A model generated the notes under the pieces. The model was not told the origin of the DNA. It searched no databases and saw only the letters and a program-made list of their open reading frames with translations. Position numbers and translations under genes: made by a program. From Deltaproteobacteria bacterium (GTDB taxonomy: Bacteria; JAEEML01), in the NCBI GenBank assembly GCA_016283195.1, contig JAEEML010000097.1:1-44925 (forward strand): DNA of 44,925 bases, in the 5' to 3' direction. Within the stretch, counting starts at the first letter, position 1. Each line of letters starts with the position of its first letter. Below, piece by piece: positions 1 to 10,500 of the stretch.

Positions 1-106
1 GCCTGATAAACTTTTTCTTAAAAATATCTTGCCACTTGCCTATTTAGGCACTTAAAAACAGTTGGCTCCGACTTAGCGGAGTTGCTACTAAAGAGGGAGG
101 CGCACT

Positions 107-2038
107 TTGGCACGCAAAGTAAAATTAAAAGAAAAAACATCTCTCAAGGGCTGGTCCATCGACGAATCGCGTGAGCTTTACAACATCAAGAGCTGGGGCC
201 ACGGCTTTTTCGATATAAACGCCGCCGGTAATGTGGTGGTTTACCCCGATAAGAGCAAAAATAAATATCTCGATATCAAAAAGCTCATCGACGACTTGGG
301 TGTGCGCGAGATTACCTCGCCGCTCCTCCTGCGCTTTACCGATATTTTAAAGCAGCGCATCGATGAAATTCACGAAGCTTTTGAAAAAGCTAAAAACGAA
401 TATGAATTTAATGGCACCTATTATGGCGTCTATCCCATCAAAGTAAACCAAAGCAAGCAGGTGGTGGAAGATGTGGTGGAGTTTGGCCGCGCTTATAATT
501 ACGGCCTGGAAGCCGGCACCAAGCCGGAGCTCTTAATCTGCCTGGCCTGCCTGGATAGCCGCGAAGCGCCCATCATCTGCAATGGTTACAAAGACGAAGA
601 ATATATCGAGACAGCCCTTTGGGGCACCAAGCTCGGCAAAAAGGTCATCATTGTGGTGGAAAAGCCCTCAGAGCTCGACACCATCATCAAAAAAGCGGGC
701 CAGCTCAAAGTAAAGCCGCACATCGGTATTCGCTGCAAGCTGGCGGCCCGTGGGCGCGGCAAGTGGGAATCGAGCGGCGGCGACAGATCCAAGTTTGGCC
801 TCTTTCCCTCGGAAATTATCGAAGCCATTGGCAAGCTAAAAGCCAATGATATGCTGGACTCGCTGGAACTTTTGCACTCCCACCTGGGGAGCCAGATTTC
901 CTCTATTCAGAGCATTAAAGAGGCTCTTCGGGAATCCACCCGCATGTTTGTGGAGCTCTGCCGCCTGGGGGTTAATATCAAATATTTTGATGTGGGCGGC
1001 GGCCTGGCTGTTGATTACGACGGCAGCCAAACCAACTTTCCCTCCTCGCGCAATTACACTCTGGAGGAATATGCGGCCGATATTATCTCGGCTGTCGTAG
1101 CTGTCTGCCAGGAGAATAACCTGCCGCACCCCAATGTCATCTCAGAGAGCGGGCGGGCTCTTGTGGCCTATCATTCCCTCCTGGTATTCAATGTACTGGG
1201 CACTTCGGAAGTGACCAAGCAGGCCCAAAATGTGGAAGTGAGCGACGACGACCCCGATTCGGTGCGCTCTATGAAAGAGGTTTTGGAGGAGCTCTCGCTG
1301 AAAAATTTCCAAGAAGCTTTTCACGATGCCTTGCAAATAAGAGATGAGGCTTTAACTCTCTTTAATGTGGGCATTTTGAGCCTGGAACACCGGGCCAAAG
1401 TGGAGCAGCTCTTTTGGGCGATTTGCCAAAATATTGATAAGATTATCGGCAACTTAGATTATGTGCCCGATGAACTGGAAAATTTGCAGCACTTTGTCTC
1501 CACCACCTATTTCGGCAACTTTTCCGTTTTTCAGAGCGCCCCGGACCACTGGGCTATCAAGCAGCTCTTCCCGGTGATGCCCATCCATCGCCTGGGCGAG
1601 CAGCCCACCAGGCGTGGCACTATTGCCGATATCACTTGCGATTCCGACGGCACTATCGACCAATTTATCGACCTCCACGATGTCAAAGAGGTGCTGGAGC
1701 TCCATGAGTTCCACGACGGCGAAGAGTATTATATCGGCGTCTTTTTGCTGGGCGCCTATCAGGAAGTTTTGGGCGATTTGCACAATCTCTTTGGCGATAG
1801 CCATGTGGTGCATGTCTCGGTTACCGGCAAGGGCACTTATAAAATAGATAAGCTCCTGGAAGGCGATACCGTGGCCGATGTGCTCCTCTATATGCAATAT
1901 CAAAAGCGCGACCTCATGGCCCGCATCAGAAAAGCGGTGGAAGACAATATCGAGGCGAGGAGCATTACCCTCCAGGAATCGGCCAAAATACTGCGCTTTA
2001 TGGAAGAGGGTTTTGAAGGCTATACCTATCTGGAATAA
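107..2038 (+). CDS. speA: Biosynthetic arginine decarboxylase
   Basis: 643 aa; PLP-lysine motif YPIKVNQ, GLEAGTKPEL, SGGDRSKFGL, DVGGGLAVDYDGS, DITCDSDG, GAYQEVLGDLHNLFG, C-terminal YTYLE; GGAGG RBS before TTG start. Confidence 0.97.
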   Translation: MARKVKLKEKTSLKGWSIDESRELYNIKSWGHGFFDINAAGNVVVYPDKSKNKYLDIKKLIDDLGVREITSPLLLRFTDILKQRIDEIHEAFEKAKNEYEFNGTYYGVYPIKVNQSKQVVEDVVEFGRAYNYGLEAGTKPELLICLACLDSREAPIICNGYKDEEYIETALWGTKLGKKVIIVVEKPSELDTIIKKAGQLKVKPHIGIRCKLAARGRGKWESSGGDRSKFGLFPSEIIEAIGKLKANDMLDSLELLHSHLGSQISSIQSIKEALRESTRMFVELCRLGVNIKYFDVGGGLAVDYDGSQTNFPSSRNYTLEEYAADIISAVVAVCQENNLPHPNVISESGRALVAYHSLLVFNVLGTSEVTKQAQNVEVSDDDPDSVRSMKEVLEELSLKNFQEAFHDALQIRDEALTLFNVGILSLEHRAKVEQLFWAICQNIDKIIGNLDYVPDELENLQHFVSTTYFGNFSVFQSAPDHWAIKQLFPVMPIHRLGEQPTRRGTIADITCDSDGTIDQFIDLHDVKEVLELHEFHDGEEYYIGVFLLGAYQEVLGDLHNLFGDSHVVHVSVTGKGTYKIDKLLEGDTVADVLLYMQYQKRDLMARIRKAVEDNIEARSITLQESAKILRFMEEGFEGYTYLE

Positions 2039-2056
2039 TCTCCTGCCGGTACTTAT

Positions 2057-2956
2057 ATGCGACGTAAAGTAGCTCCTATTGTCCTTTTTGTCACCATGCA
2101 GGCGGCCAGTGTCGCCGTCCTTACCCTGTGGATTGTCTGGTCGGCGCTTGACAGCACCCATGTCGGCTGGCTCTTACAAGGCATTTTTCTCATGGTGGCC
2201 GTTATCACCGCTTCGGCCATTATCTTTGCCTATTGGGGAAAACTTAGGGCCCTCGAAGTGGAGCGCATTAACTTTCTCTCCACCGTGAGCCATGAGCTTT
2301 TAACCCCGCTTGCCTCTTTAAAGCTCTATTTGGAAACCATGGAAATGCGTGAGGTCTCCCGCGAGCAGGAGCTCAAATTTTTGGCTGATATGAGTAAAGA
2401 TACTGCCCGCCTGGAAGAGCTCATTCAGCAAATACTCGTCTCTTCGCGCATTGAGCGCCATAAGAATAATTACCACTTTCGCCCGGCTAACTTAAAAGAT
2501 CTTATCCAAAAATATCTGGCCGAAAACAGCCGTGAACTGGGGGATGCCGAGGTAAAAACCGAGCTTTTAGCCCCGGGGCTGGCTATGGTAGATGAAGCGG
2601 CCTTTCACACTGTGCTTAGAAATTTACTTTTAAATTCCGTGCGTTATTCGCCAAAACCGGCCCACATTACCATTCGTCTCGATGAAATGAGCGGCCATGT
2701 GCTTTTGGAAGTAATTGATAAAGGCCAGGGCATTCCGCCAAAAGAGCTTAAAAAAGTTTTTCGCCTCTTTTACCGGGCGGCCAAAAATGTGGGCGGCACC
2801 GGCCTCGGGCTCTTTATTGTGAAAAATATTGTAAAAGATCACCACGGGCGGGTGTGGGCCGAAAGCGCCGGTACCGGCCAGGGCACCACTATGAAGGTAC
2901 TGCTTCCCAGCCAGGCCAGGCCGGGAGAAATCAACGAACCGGCACCGGCTGGCTAA
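2057..2956 (+). CDS. Membrane sensor histidine kinase (HisKA + HATPase_c)
   Basis: Two N-terminal TM segments; H-box FLSTVSHELLTPLASL; N-box NLLLNSVRY; G1 DKGQGI; G2 GGTGLGLFIVK. Confidence 0.93.
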   Translation: MRRKVAPIVLFVTMQAASVAVLTLWIVWSALDSTHVGWLLQGIFLMVAVITASAIIFAYWGKLRALEVERINFLSTVSHELLTPLASLKLYLETMEMREVSREQELKFLADMSKDTARLEELIQQILVSSRIERHKNNYHFRPANLKDLIQKYLAENSRELGDAEVKTELLAPGLAMVDEAAFHTVLRNLLLNSVRYSPKPAHITIRLDEMSGHVLLEVIDKGQGIPPKELKKVFRLFYRAAKNVGGTGLGLFIVKNIVKDHHGRVWAESAGTGQGTTMKVLLPSQARPGEINEPAPAG

Positions 2957-3186
2957 TTAGCAATTATTCACTATCTTCGGCACAACGGAGAGAGAACCAG
3001 AATTTAGAGCTATTAGGCAAATAGTTTTTGTCAACCAGATCGTCGATTTCCCCTTCATCCATGACAAAACTATCGGCCGTGCCTATTAATATACTGGCAA
3101 ATTCGGAGGCTTTGCTGGCGGAGTAAAAAATTAAAAATTTGCAAAATGTAGATAGTTATCGTATTTTTAACAATTTCCCGCCGGAA

Positions 3187-4503
3187 TCAGCTGAAAAAAT
3201 CCATAATAAACGGGGTAATATCGTAAATAGAGGCCGGCTTTTCAGCCAGTTTAAGGCTACTGATATAGAGCCCATAAGGGCTATGGTTGGCAGCATCCAG
3301 CTCGCCGGCGGCTATCTCGGCATCGTTCCATAAAATATCCTGCCCGCCGATGAGGGCGCTTACTCTGGCCCCTAAGTCCGCCGCATAGAGCATGAGATCC
3401 GGCGAGGCTCCCTGGCACTTAGGATATATTTCCGCCGGCAATAAGAGGCGGTTTTTAAGGCCCGGCCAGGGCGTTTTAATATTTTTTAATTTATCAATCA
3501 GCTCTAAGAGGAGCTTGGACCCTGCGTCAGGCTCAATGGCGCCTGCCTCCTCCCGGCCGCGGATATTTAGATAAAGGCGCCCGTAGTAGCCGCCCTGGCC
3601 GTAAACTTTGCTCTCCGGCCAATCAACCAAATCAGGAGTTAGGGGCTGTGGCTTTTCCGGCCAGTATTTTAGCTTTAAAAGCCCCTCTTGGCATAAATAG
3701 CGATTTAAAGAAAAAGATCCCAGGCAGGGGCGGGTGCCGTGGTCGGAAAGAATTAAAATTTGAGCGCTTTCCGGCAATTTAGCCATGAATTCGGTGAGCT
3801 TTTTGTCCAAATAGCGATAATAGGCGCCCACCGGGCTTTTAGCTAAAGTTTCTTTAGTGTAAGTTGCGGGCAGCGCAGCATGTTGTATTCTGTCCGGCGC
3901 CATAATCACCAGCCAGAGGAGGTGCCAAAAATGCGTAGCGCTTAATTTTGCGGCTAAAGTAAATACTGAAGCTGTATTTTGCCGCGCCTCTTTAAAAAGC
4001 ACCTCGTGGGCCCCCCGGCGGTGCGCAAAAGTATCCGGTAGGTACTGGCCGCCGGCCAGCTTATTTAGCTCTTTGGCGAGCCCCTTGGGCCAGGTGGAGA
4101 GTGGCACAGCTTTACTGCCGGCCAGCTGTCCGCCGATTAAAAAGCCGTTTATGGGCCCGGCCGGCGCTGTTTGCGGCATACCGATAATAATTGAATAGAG
4201 GCCGCCGGCTCCCAGATAATCCCACACGCGCGGAGCCAAAACAGCTCTGCTATCGGGCAAAAAAGTCTCATAAGCACCCGCTTTTTTATTGGTAAAGCCG
4301 TATATGCCGAGCTCTCCCGGACTCTTGCCGGTGCTCATTACTGTCCAGGCGGGCACGGTAATTGGCGGATCGCAGCTCAAAAGCTCGCCGAAATCGCCTT
4401 TATCCATGAGCTTTTTTAAGGTGGGCAGCTCATTTTTTAATAGTTTTAAAATAAGCGGATCAAAACCATCGAGCCCGATTATCACTAATTGCTTTTTGGC
4501 CAT
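3187..4503 (-). CDS. Alkaline phosphatase superfamily protein (type I phosphodiesterase/nucleotide pyrophosphatase family)
   Basis: IIGLDG, PPITVPAW..MSTGKSPGELGIYGF, DRIQH, ILSDHG, ANHSPYG motifs; ATG at 4503 has GGAG upstream. Confidence 0.88.
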   Translation of the reverse strand: MAKKQLVIIGLDGFDPLILKLLKNELPTLKKLMDKGDFGELLSCDPPITVPAWTVMSTGKSPGELGIYGFTNKKAGAYETFLPDSRAVLAPRVWDYLGAGGLYSIIIGMPQTAPAGPINGFLIGGQLAGSKAVPLSTWPKGLAKELNKLAGGQYLPDTFAHRRGAHEVLFKEARQNTASVFTLAAKLSATHFWHLLWLVIMAPDRIQHAALPATYTKETLAKSPVGAYYRYLDKKLTEFMAKLPESAQILILSDHGTRPCLGSFSLNRYLCQEGLLKLKYWPEKPQPLTPDLVDWPESKVYGQGGYYGRLYLNIRGREEAGAIEPDAGSKLLLELIDKLKNIKTPWPGLKNRLLLPAEIYPKCQGASPDLMLYAADLGARVSALIGGQDILWNDAEIAAGELDAANHSPYGLYISSLKLAEKPASIYDITPFIMDFFS

Positions 4504-4561
4504 TGCCAAACGCTCCGGTATGTTGTATTGATATCCCTCGTCAGCTGCTCTTGGCTCTCGC

Positions 4562-4638
4562 GCGCCTTTAGCTCAGCTGGATAGAGCAACGGCCTTCTAA
4601 GCCGTGGGCCGCACGTTCGAATCGTGCAAGGCGCGCCA
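4562..4638 (+). tRNA. tRNA-Arg (anticodon TCT)
   Basis: 77 nt; acceptor stem GCGCCTT/AAGGCGC, D-arm GCTCAGCTGGATAGAGC, anticodon arm ACGGC-CTTCTAA-GCCGT, T-arm GCACG-TTCGAAT-CGTGC, encoded CCA. Confidence 0.97.
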
Positions 4639-4654
4639 TTTTAACTCCCTAAAA

Positions 4655-6421
4655 TTATTGTAAATCTTGAATGGCTTGCCGCGCTACCGGCGCTTCCGGA
4701 TGATTGGGTGCCAGTTGCAAGAAAAGGCGATAATTGTTCAGCGCTTCAGCTTTGTGTTTTTGTGCTCTATGAGCTTCGGCCAGGCCATAATAAGCTTCGG
4801 CATTTTTGCGATTGATATTGATAACTTGCTGGAAAGAGCTAATAGCTGTGGGGATGTAGTTCAAATCAATATAGCACCAGCCGATTCCCAAAAGAGCCTG
4901 AACATTTTGCCCGTTTTCATCGAGTATTTTTTCGTAAATGGCCAGAGCTTCCTTGGTGCGATCGTTCTCACGGTGTTTTTGAGCTTTTCTTAAAAGCTGC
5001 TCGGTGGTTAATGGGGCCGGAGCAGCGGCTTTAGCGGCTACCGGCGGCGGTGGCGGCAGGGGGCGCTCCATTTCGGCTTTCAAAGCGAGCGCCAGCTCAT
5101 TTTGCGGTGAACTGGCCAGTATTTTGGCCACATATTTAGCGGCCTCGGCTTTGGCGCCATGTTCATAGCGATATTTGGCTACAAAATAGAGGGCCGGATT
5201 GTTGGTCTCATTAGCCGGCAGAGCTTTATCCACCATTGAGAGCCCCTCTTTTTCAAAATTTTTGTCATCGAGATAAGCGAGGCCCAAAACCAGCGGCAGG
5301 AGCGGGTCGTCATTTAGAAAATTGAGCGCTCTTTTCACCAGCGGATCGGCCTGGGCAATAGCTTTTTTGTGGCGGTAATAGCCAATCATAGCCCGCATGG
5401 CCAGCGGATTATTGGGCGCCTGTTCTATGGCTTTTCTGGCTAGGTTAAAGGCATCCTCAGAGAGTTTGGCCGCCATGAGGTTCAGTTTTGTTTGCTGTTC
5501 TTGCTGTTCATTATGACTGCTGAGCCAGTAAGCGGCCTCCGATTGCATATCGGCTTTAATTAGTTTGGCTTCGGCCTGCAAAGCCAGGGCATCTGTATAT
5601 TCCGGCTGCAGAGCCATGGCCTGAAAAATGAGCCCCAGAGCATCTTCGATAGCGGCATCATCACCAAGAGCTAACTTGGCTTTGGCGGCGTTTAGGGCTT
5701 CTACGGCTTTGGGGTTTATCTCGCCAACACCCAAAAGAGCGCGCACCGGAGTGATAATAAGGCTTTTAAAAACCGGCGGATTTATTAAATAAAATGCCCC
5801 TGTGCCGGCCATGATAATTAGTAAAAAGACAATTATTACTTTTAAAAAAATGCCGCTTTTGTTTCTTTTTACGGCCCCAAAAGTATTCTCGGCCGGTGTA
5901 TAAATATTGGGCATGGGCATCGGCACCGGCGTATTTATGGTGTTTATTTGCGGAGCCTGCCAAGCGCCGGGAGCCGGGTAAAAGCCGCTTTGCTGCGGCA
6001 AGCCGCCGCCGGCGTAAGGATTAGGCGTATTGTAAGCGGGCGGCATTGGGGCGTAATTATTTACCGGAGCAAATTGCGGCTGTTTTTGGTTGTCCACTGC
6101 TTTAAAAAATGAGGCCAGCTCGGGAATATCGCCCAAACGGCGCCAGGAACTGCCGGATTTGGATACCTGGTCGTCGCGGCTCACCTTTTTTTCGATAATC
6201 CAAGTTTGCAAAGTGGTGAGCTCTTTAAAACGGAAAGTATTACCGTTTACCTGTCTTATTTCCCACTCATCGCTCTGATAAGGCAAGGCGCCGGTGGAAT
6301 TCGGCAGGCAGACATTGAATATCTGCGGGCAGTTAGAGCACTGTACGGCTATGCCTTCCGGGGGAATTTGTGTTTCGTCAAAATCATATTGTGTATGACA
6401 CTGCGGGCAGTGAAATAGCAT
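4655..6421 (-). CDS. Zinc-ribbon (MJ0042-type) + GYF-like domain + TM + TPR repeat protein (GltJ/AgmX-like N-terminus)
   Basis: CPQC..CSNC zinc ribbon, W..L.D.PEL GYF_2-like segment, Pro-rich linker, one TM helix, many TPRs; start moved to ATG 6421, which has a GGAGG RBS. Confidence 0.8.
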   Translation of the reverse strand: MLFHCPQCHTQYDFDETQIPPEGIAVQCSNCPQIFNVCLPNSTGALPYQSDEWEIRQVNGNTFRFKELTTLQTWIIEKKVSRDDQVSKSGSSWRRLGDIPELASFFKAVDNQKQPQFAPVNNYAPMPPAYNTPNPYAGGGLPQQSGFYPAPGAWQAPQINTINTPVPMPMPNIYTPAENTFGAVKRNKSGIFLKVIIVFLLIIMAGTGAFYLINPPVFKSLIITPVRALLGVGEINPKAVEALNAAKAKLALGDDAAIEDALGLIFQAMALQPEYTDALALQAEAKLIKADMQSEAAYWLSSHNEQQEQQTKLNLMAAKLSEDAFNLARKAIEQAPNNPLAMRAMIGYYRHKKAIAQADPLVKRALNFLNDDPLLPLVLGLAYLDDKNFEKEGLSMVDKALPANETNNPALYFVAKYRYEHGAKAEAAKYVAKILASSPQNELALALKAEMERPLPPPPPVAAKAAAPAPLTTEQLLRKAQKHRENDRTKEALAIYEKILDENGQNVQALLGIGWCYIDLNYIPTAISSFQQVININRKNAEAYYGLAEAHRAQKHKAEALNNYRLFLQLAPNHPEAPVARQAIQDLQ

Positions 6422-6515
6422 AGATATAACCTCCAAGGGCGCCGGGGCTCTTAGCCGCGGCCTAGCTGACACTAGCACTAATATTATCTTTGGTAAAGAG
6501 CGCGAAAGGCAATAA

Positions 6516-7223
6516 TTACCAATTGGGATAGAGAGTTGAGCCTTGCCGGCGCTCATGGGCGCTCGGGGTTAAAATAAGCACATTTTCGCGGCCTAAGAGT
6601 AATTCCAGCCGCTCTTTTAAACTTTGCCCCGCTAGGCCGCCCGGGCGGCTCGGCTTAATAGGCAGCTTTTGCTCGGCCGATTCTTTTTGGTCTTCATGAT
6701 TTTCTTTTTGATTTTGCGGGCCTTGCGGAGCTTCTCGCGGCGCTCTGGAAATATTTTCATCATTTCCGGCTTTCGGCATTTGTTCCCGGCTCTCCGCTCC
6801 CCGGCCGCCGGCCTCCCGGGAATTTAACAAAAGAGCCAGTTGCAGATTCTGCGCGGCCAAAGTAAAAGCCGGCTTTAAAATAAGGCTTTTTTTATAAAAG
6901 GTTATAGCTTCTTTGGCCTGCCCGCGGCTTAAAAAATAGTTGCCGACATCATAATAAAATAGAGCATTATCGGCCCCGTCTGCCGAGGGCGGGGTAATAT
7001 TTTCGGCTTTTACCGGCTCTTGGGCCAGATAGAGTTCGGCCAGAGTGCGGCCGTGATTGGTAGCCACTTGGTGATTTTGCGCTGCATCGGTATCAAGGTA
7101 ATGCTCTAACGCCGCCGGCCAATTCTCGGCAGCAATAAGAGCGCGTCCTTTTTGGGAAAATTGGCTCTCTTCGCGGCAGGCGGGTAATAGCAGAATGGCT
7201 AGGATAAGAAGAGCTTTTAGCAT
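6516..7223 (-). CDS. TPR lipoprotein, BatC-like
   Basis: Lipobox LLPAC; TPR YYDVGN..A...YKKSL.L.P....A..NL.LA; low-complexity E/Q/K linker; ends in W. Confidence 0.6.
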   Translation of the reverse strand: MLKALLILAILLLPACREESQFSQKGRALIAAENWPAALEHYLDTDAAQNHQVATNHGRTLAELYLAQEPVKAENITPPSADGADNALFYYDVGNYFLSRGQAKEAITFYKKSLILKPAFTLAAQNLQLALLLNSREAGGRGAESREQMPKAGNDENISRAPREAPQGPQNQKENHEDQKESAEQKLPIKPSRPGGLAGQSLKERLELLLGRENVLILTPSAHERRQGSTLYPNW

Positions 7224-7323
7224 GGCTGGCCTTTTTTATAAAGCCGGCAAAATGCCATCAGCCGGCTTATAATGGCCATATTAGCCGGAATAAAAATGAT
7301 AAAGCAAGTTATGATTGCTAAGG

Positions 7324-7352
7324 TTGACGCTAGAGCGGACAATGAGTAAACT
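7324..7352 (+). promoter_or_regulatory. Putative sigma70 promoter upstream of the tandem large genes
   Basis: TTGACG-N17-TAAACT. Confidence 0.5.
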
Positions 7353-7590
7353 TTTATAAGTTTTGCTGCGTAATGGCGGTAAACAAACTTAAAGGTAGTG
7401 ATTCTTTAATATGGTAGATTCAAATTGATAAGCCTGCCTTGAAATTTCTTTTTAGACAACTTTTAGCACCGCCATTCAATTAAATCCGATAACCCAAAGA
7501 AGGGCAGTTGTGTATAATAACTGTTCTTTGTTATGAGGGCAGGTGGGCTGTGTCTTTCCCGGCCATAACAAAATTGAGGTGAAAAGAATC

Positions 7591-10500
7591 ATGAGCAATG
7601 CCATAAGTCAGAGCAGCGGTTATAATCCTTCACTTTATGTAAATACCCAAGCTAATGAAGCGGCCGCGCCGGCGGTAAAAAAGGCCGAAACAGCGGAAGT
7701 AAAAAGTGCCGCCCCGGCTACCGGTAGTGCCGAAGTAAAAGCCGCTGCAAGTGATTCTTTTGCTGTTGCTGATGGCAAAAATCAGCTGGTGACTCCTGAA
7801 AGAAGCCAAGGCGTGGGCGGGGCTTTCGCCAGCGGCTCAGCCGGTTTGGTGCAGGGCGCAGGGCACACCAGTTTGCCGCCGGCCGCCCTTTTGCAACTCG
7901 GTACCCAGGCCGGCAGATTGCTGGATATTGATAAAAATATGAGCCTCTCCGCTTATAATAGCTGCGTAACTGCCAAATTATCCAGCCAAAGCGGCTATTA
8001 TATGCAAGCGCAAAAACAGGCCGGCGAGAGTATTGCCAAAATCGACCAGCATATCGCTTTTTTGCAAAATGCCGAGCCGGCAGACGAAGCTCAGATTGAA
8101 CAACTTGGCCAATTAAAAGAAGTTTTTGGCGGTATTTCTAATATGTACGGCCACCTCATGGAAGCCAAAGGCAAGAGCGAGCCGGCTATGTCCGACCAGG
8201 CAGCCCAGCTTTTGAGTGATATAAGCGGCATATATACGGCTATGGCCGGCCTGGATCCGCGCCTCGTCGGCGAACAGGCATATAATACCATGCGCGATTC
8301 ACTCAGCGATATGGTGCAATTAGCTTCGGCTTATACCATAAGTTACAGCGGCGAGGCCGGGGCTAAAGATTGCCTGGGCGTTTTTGTTGTTAAAACCTTC
8401 CGCCGTTTGCAGCAAATAGAAAATGGCCAGCGCAAACGCGAGAACGAAACACCGGATATAAACGGCGCTTTGCAAACTTATGTCAACGGTTCCAAAGATC
8501 ACCAAATATTTATGCGGCGCTTTGCGGCTATTCGCGAAAAAGCCATTGCCGGCGGCAATACCGATAGCGGCGAGATTATGGCCAGCTTAAAAGAGGCTGC
8601 CAAAGGAACTTCCTCCCGTTTTCAAGAGAGCCTTGAACACCTGGCCGGAAGTTATTCTGCTCTGGCCGATGCCGAAATTCATTTTAAGGAGGCCAAAACC
8701 CAGGCGCAAGCGGCCGGCGTAGCGCTGAAAAATGCCGAAAAAGAGTTCGTTTTGGCCGAAGAAAACCTCATGAAAGCCGATATGGCCGTTAACAGCGGCA
8801 TTGCCGCTATATCTTTGCCAAAAGGTGAGATAAATACGCGAGAACTTGCCGCAAAGGCCCGCGATACCGCAGAAGAGTTAACAGCTATAGCCGGGGAGCA
8901 TATCGAAAAATACGGCGAGTATCGCGAACAGGGCACAATTGCGGCCGAAAAAGCCGTTTTGGAAGGCCTGGCAGCCCGTGCTTCTCTCGAATATGCCGAT
9001 GGCTGTATGCGCGTTTTGGAGTGTAGCCCGCAAGGCAAATATATGAGCCCGGAAATCGCCAAAGTCGATGCCCATATAGCTAAAAGAGATGCCGAACTTA
9101 CAGCTACCGAAAACGATGCCGTAGCTACTCTTGAGCAATTTTCCGTGCTTGACGGTTATGTCAGCGACTTAATGGCCGGCAGCAAAGATATTAAAGAAGC
9201 TCTATCTGGCCTCGATATTGATATTTCTGTCGATGCCATGTTGGAAGAGTCCATTAAATTAGGCACTAAAGGCGTTGATGCGGCTTATTCCCGCATTCTT
9301 GGCACAGTGCTCGGGAGCGGGGTAAAAGTTTCCGATGATTTAAGGCAATACCTAAAGGATCCGGCGGCGTTTTTGGCCAAAAACCCTGAGGAGGCCGGCA
9401 ACGTGCGCGAAGAAATGGAAGACCTCTTTGCCGACCATCCCGAACTGACAAATCAAGTAGCCGGGGCCATAAATTCGCTGCGCAATGATTTTGCCGTAGC
9501 TCGCCGTGAAGCCGAAGCCACGCTGATTAAAAACGGTAAAGATCCTAAGAGTGATCCTTATGCCCTCATGCTGGACGGCATGGAAAATAGCCTTCTGGAC
9601 GGCCTATTTGCTAAAAATGAGCACCTTTTTGCCGCCATGTTTGCTTCCGGCACCGAGAGCAGCGCCGTTAAAGGCACCATAGATTGGGTGCAGGGATTGC
9701 AAAAATCTATGACGCAGCACACGGTTACCGATGCCGGCCTGCGCCAGAAAGCCATAGATTCTTTCAATAATATGCTTAATGGCAATGAGAATCTGAAAGC
9801 TAGTCTCGATAAGCGCATAAAAGAATACGGCCAGCCGATCTCTACAGAGTGTTTCGCTATTACTTCGGCCGGCGGCCTGCCAAACGGCACAGTAAATGTT
9901 TATGTCTTTAAAAAAGATGGCGAATTTAAAGCTCTTGACCCCATTACCGGCGATGTTTACAGCGGGAAGAGCAAAGATGAAGCTCTGGCCAAACTGGCCA
10001 GGAAAGTTGAGTGGTCTGAGGGCGAAATCAGCTATCTTGATAGTGCCGGCAAAATGAAAAATGTGGAAATGCACCTGCCGAGCAAAGCCTTGGAAGTGGG
10101 CGCCGATATCGGTATGGGCGTCGTCGGCCTGGTGGGCGGCATTTTGTGTTTTGTCCCGGTGCCGGTGGCGGCGCAGGCGGCCGGCACAGCTTGTATAGCG
10201 GCCAGCGCCTCTTATTTTATTGCTAAAGGCGCATACAATATCGGCGAGCAGGTTTCCCGCGAAAACTTTGATTTGAGCCGCGAAGAGAGCCGCCAGGCCT
10301 TGATTGATTTGGCCTCCGGTGTCTTAAGCTTTGCCGGCGGTGTGGGCAGTGCTGCCAAACTTACCTCGACGGCCGGCGGGATCACCATAAAAGGTACCAC
10401 TATGCTGAATAATGCGAACAAAGTGCAAAGGTTTGTGCGCATTACCAATATCGGCAGCCGGGTAGGCAGTGCCTCAAATGTGGGCTATGCCGTGGTGGAT

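Noticed and set aside
2964..3155. Stop-to-stop minus-strand frame of about 60 codons (...SILIGTADSFVMDEGEIDDLVDKNYLP...)
   Set aside because: No convincing start or RBS for the full frame and no recognisable motif; at most a gene remnant
4562..4660. tRNA-Arg as an island integration site
   Set aside because: No integrase, and no duplicated tRNA 3' end seen in the window
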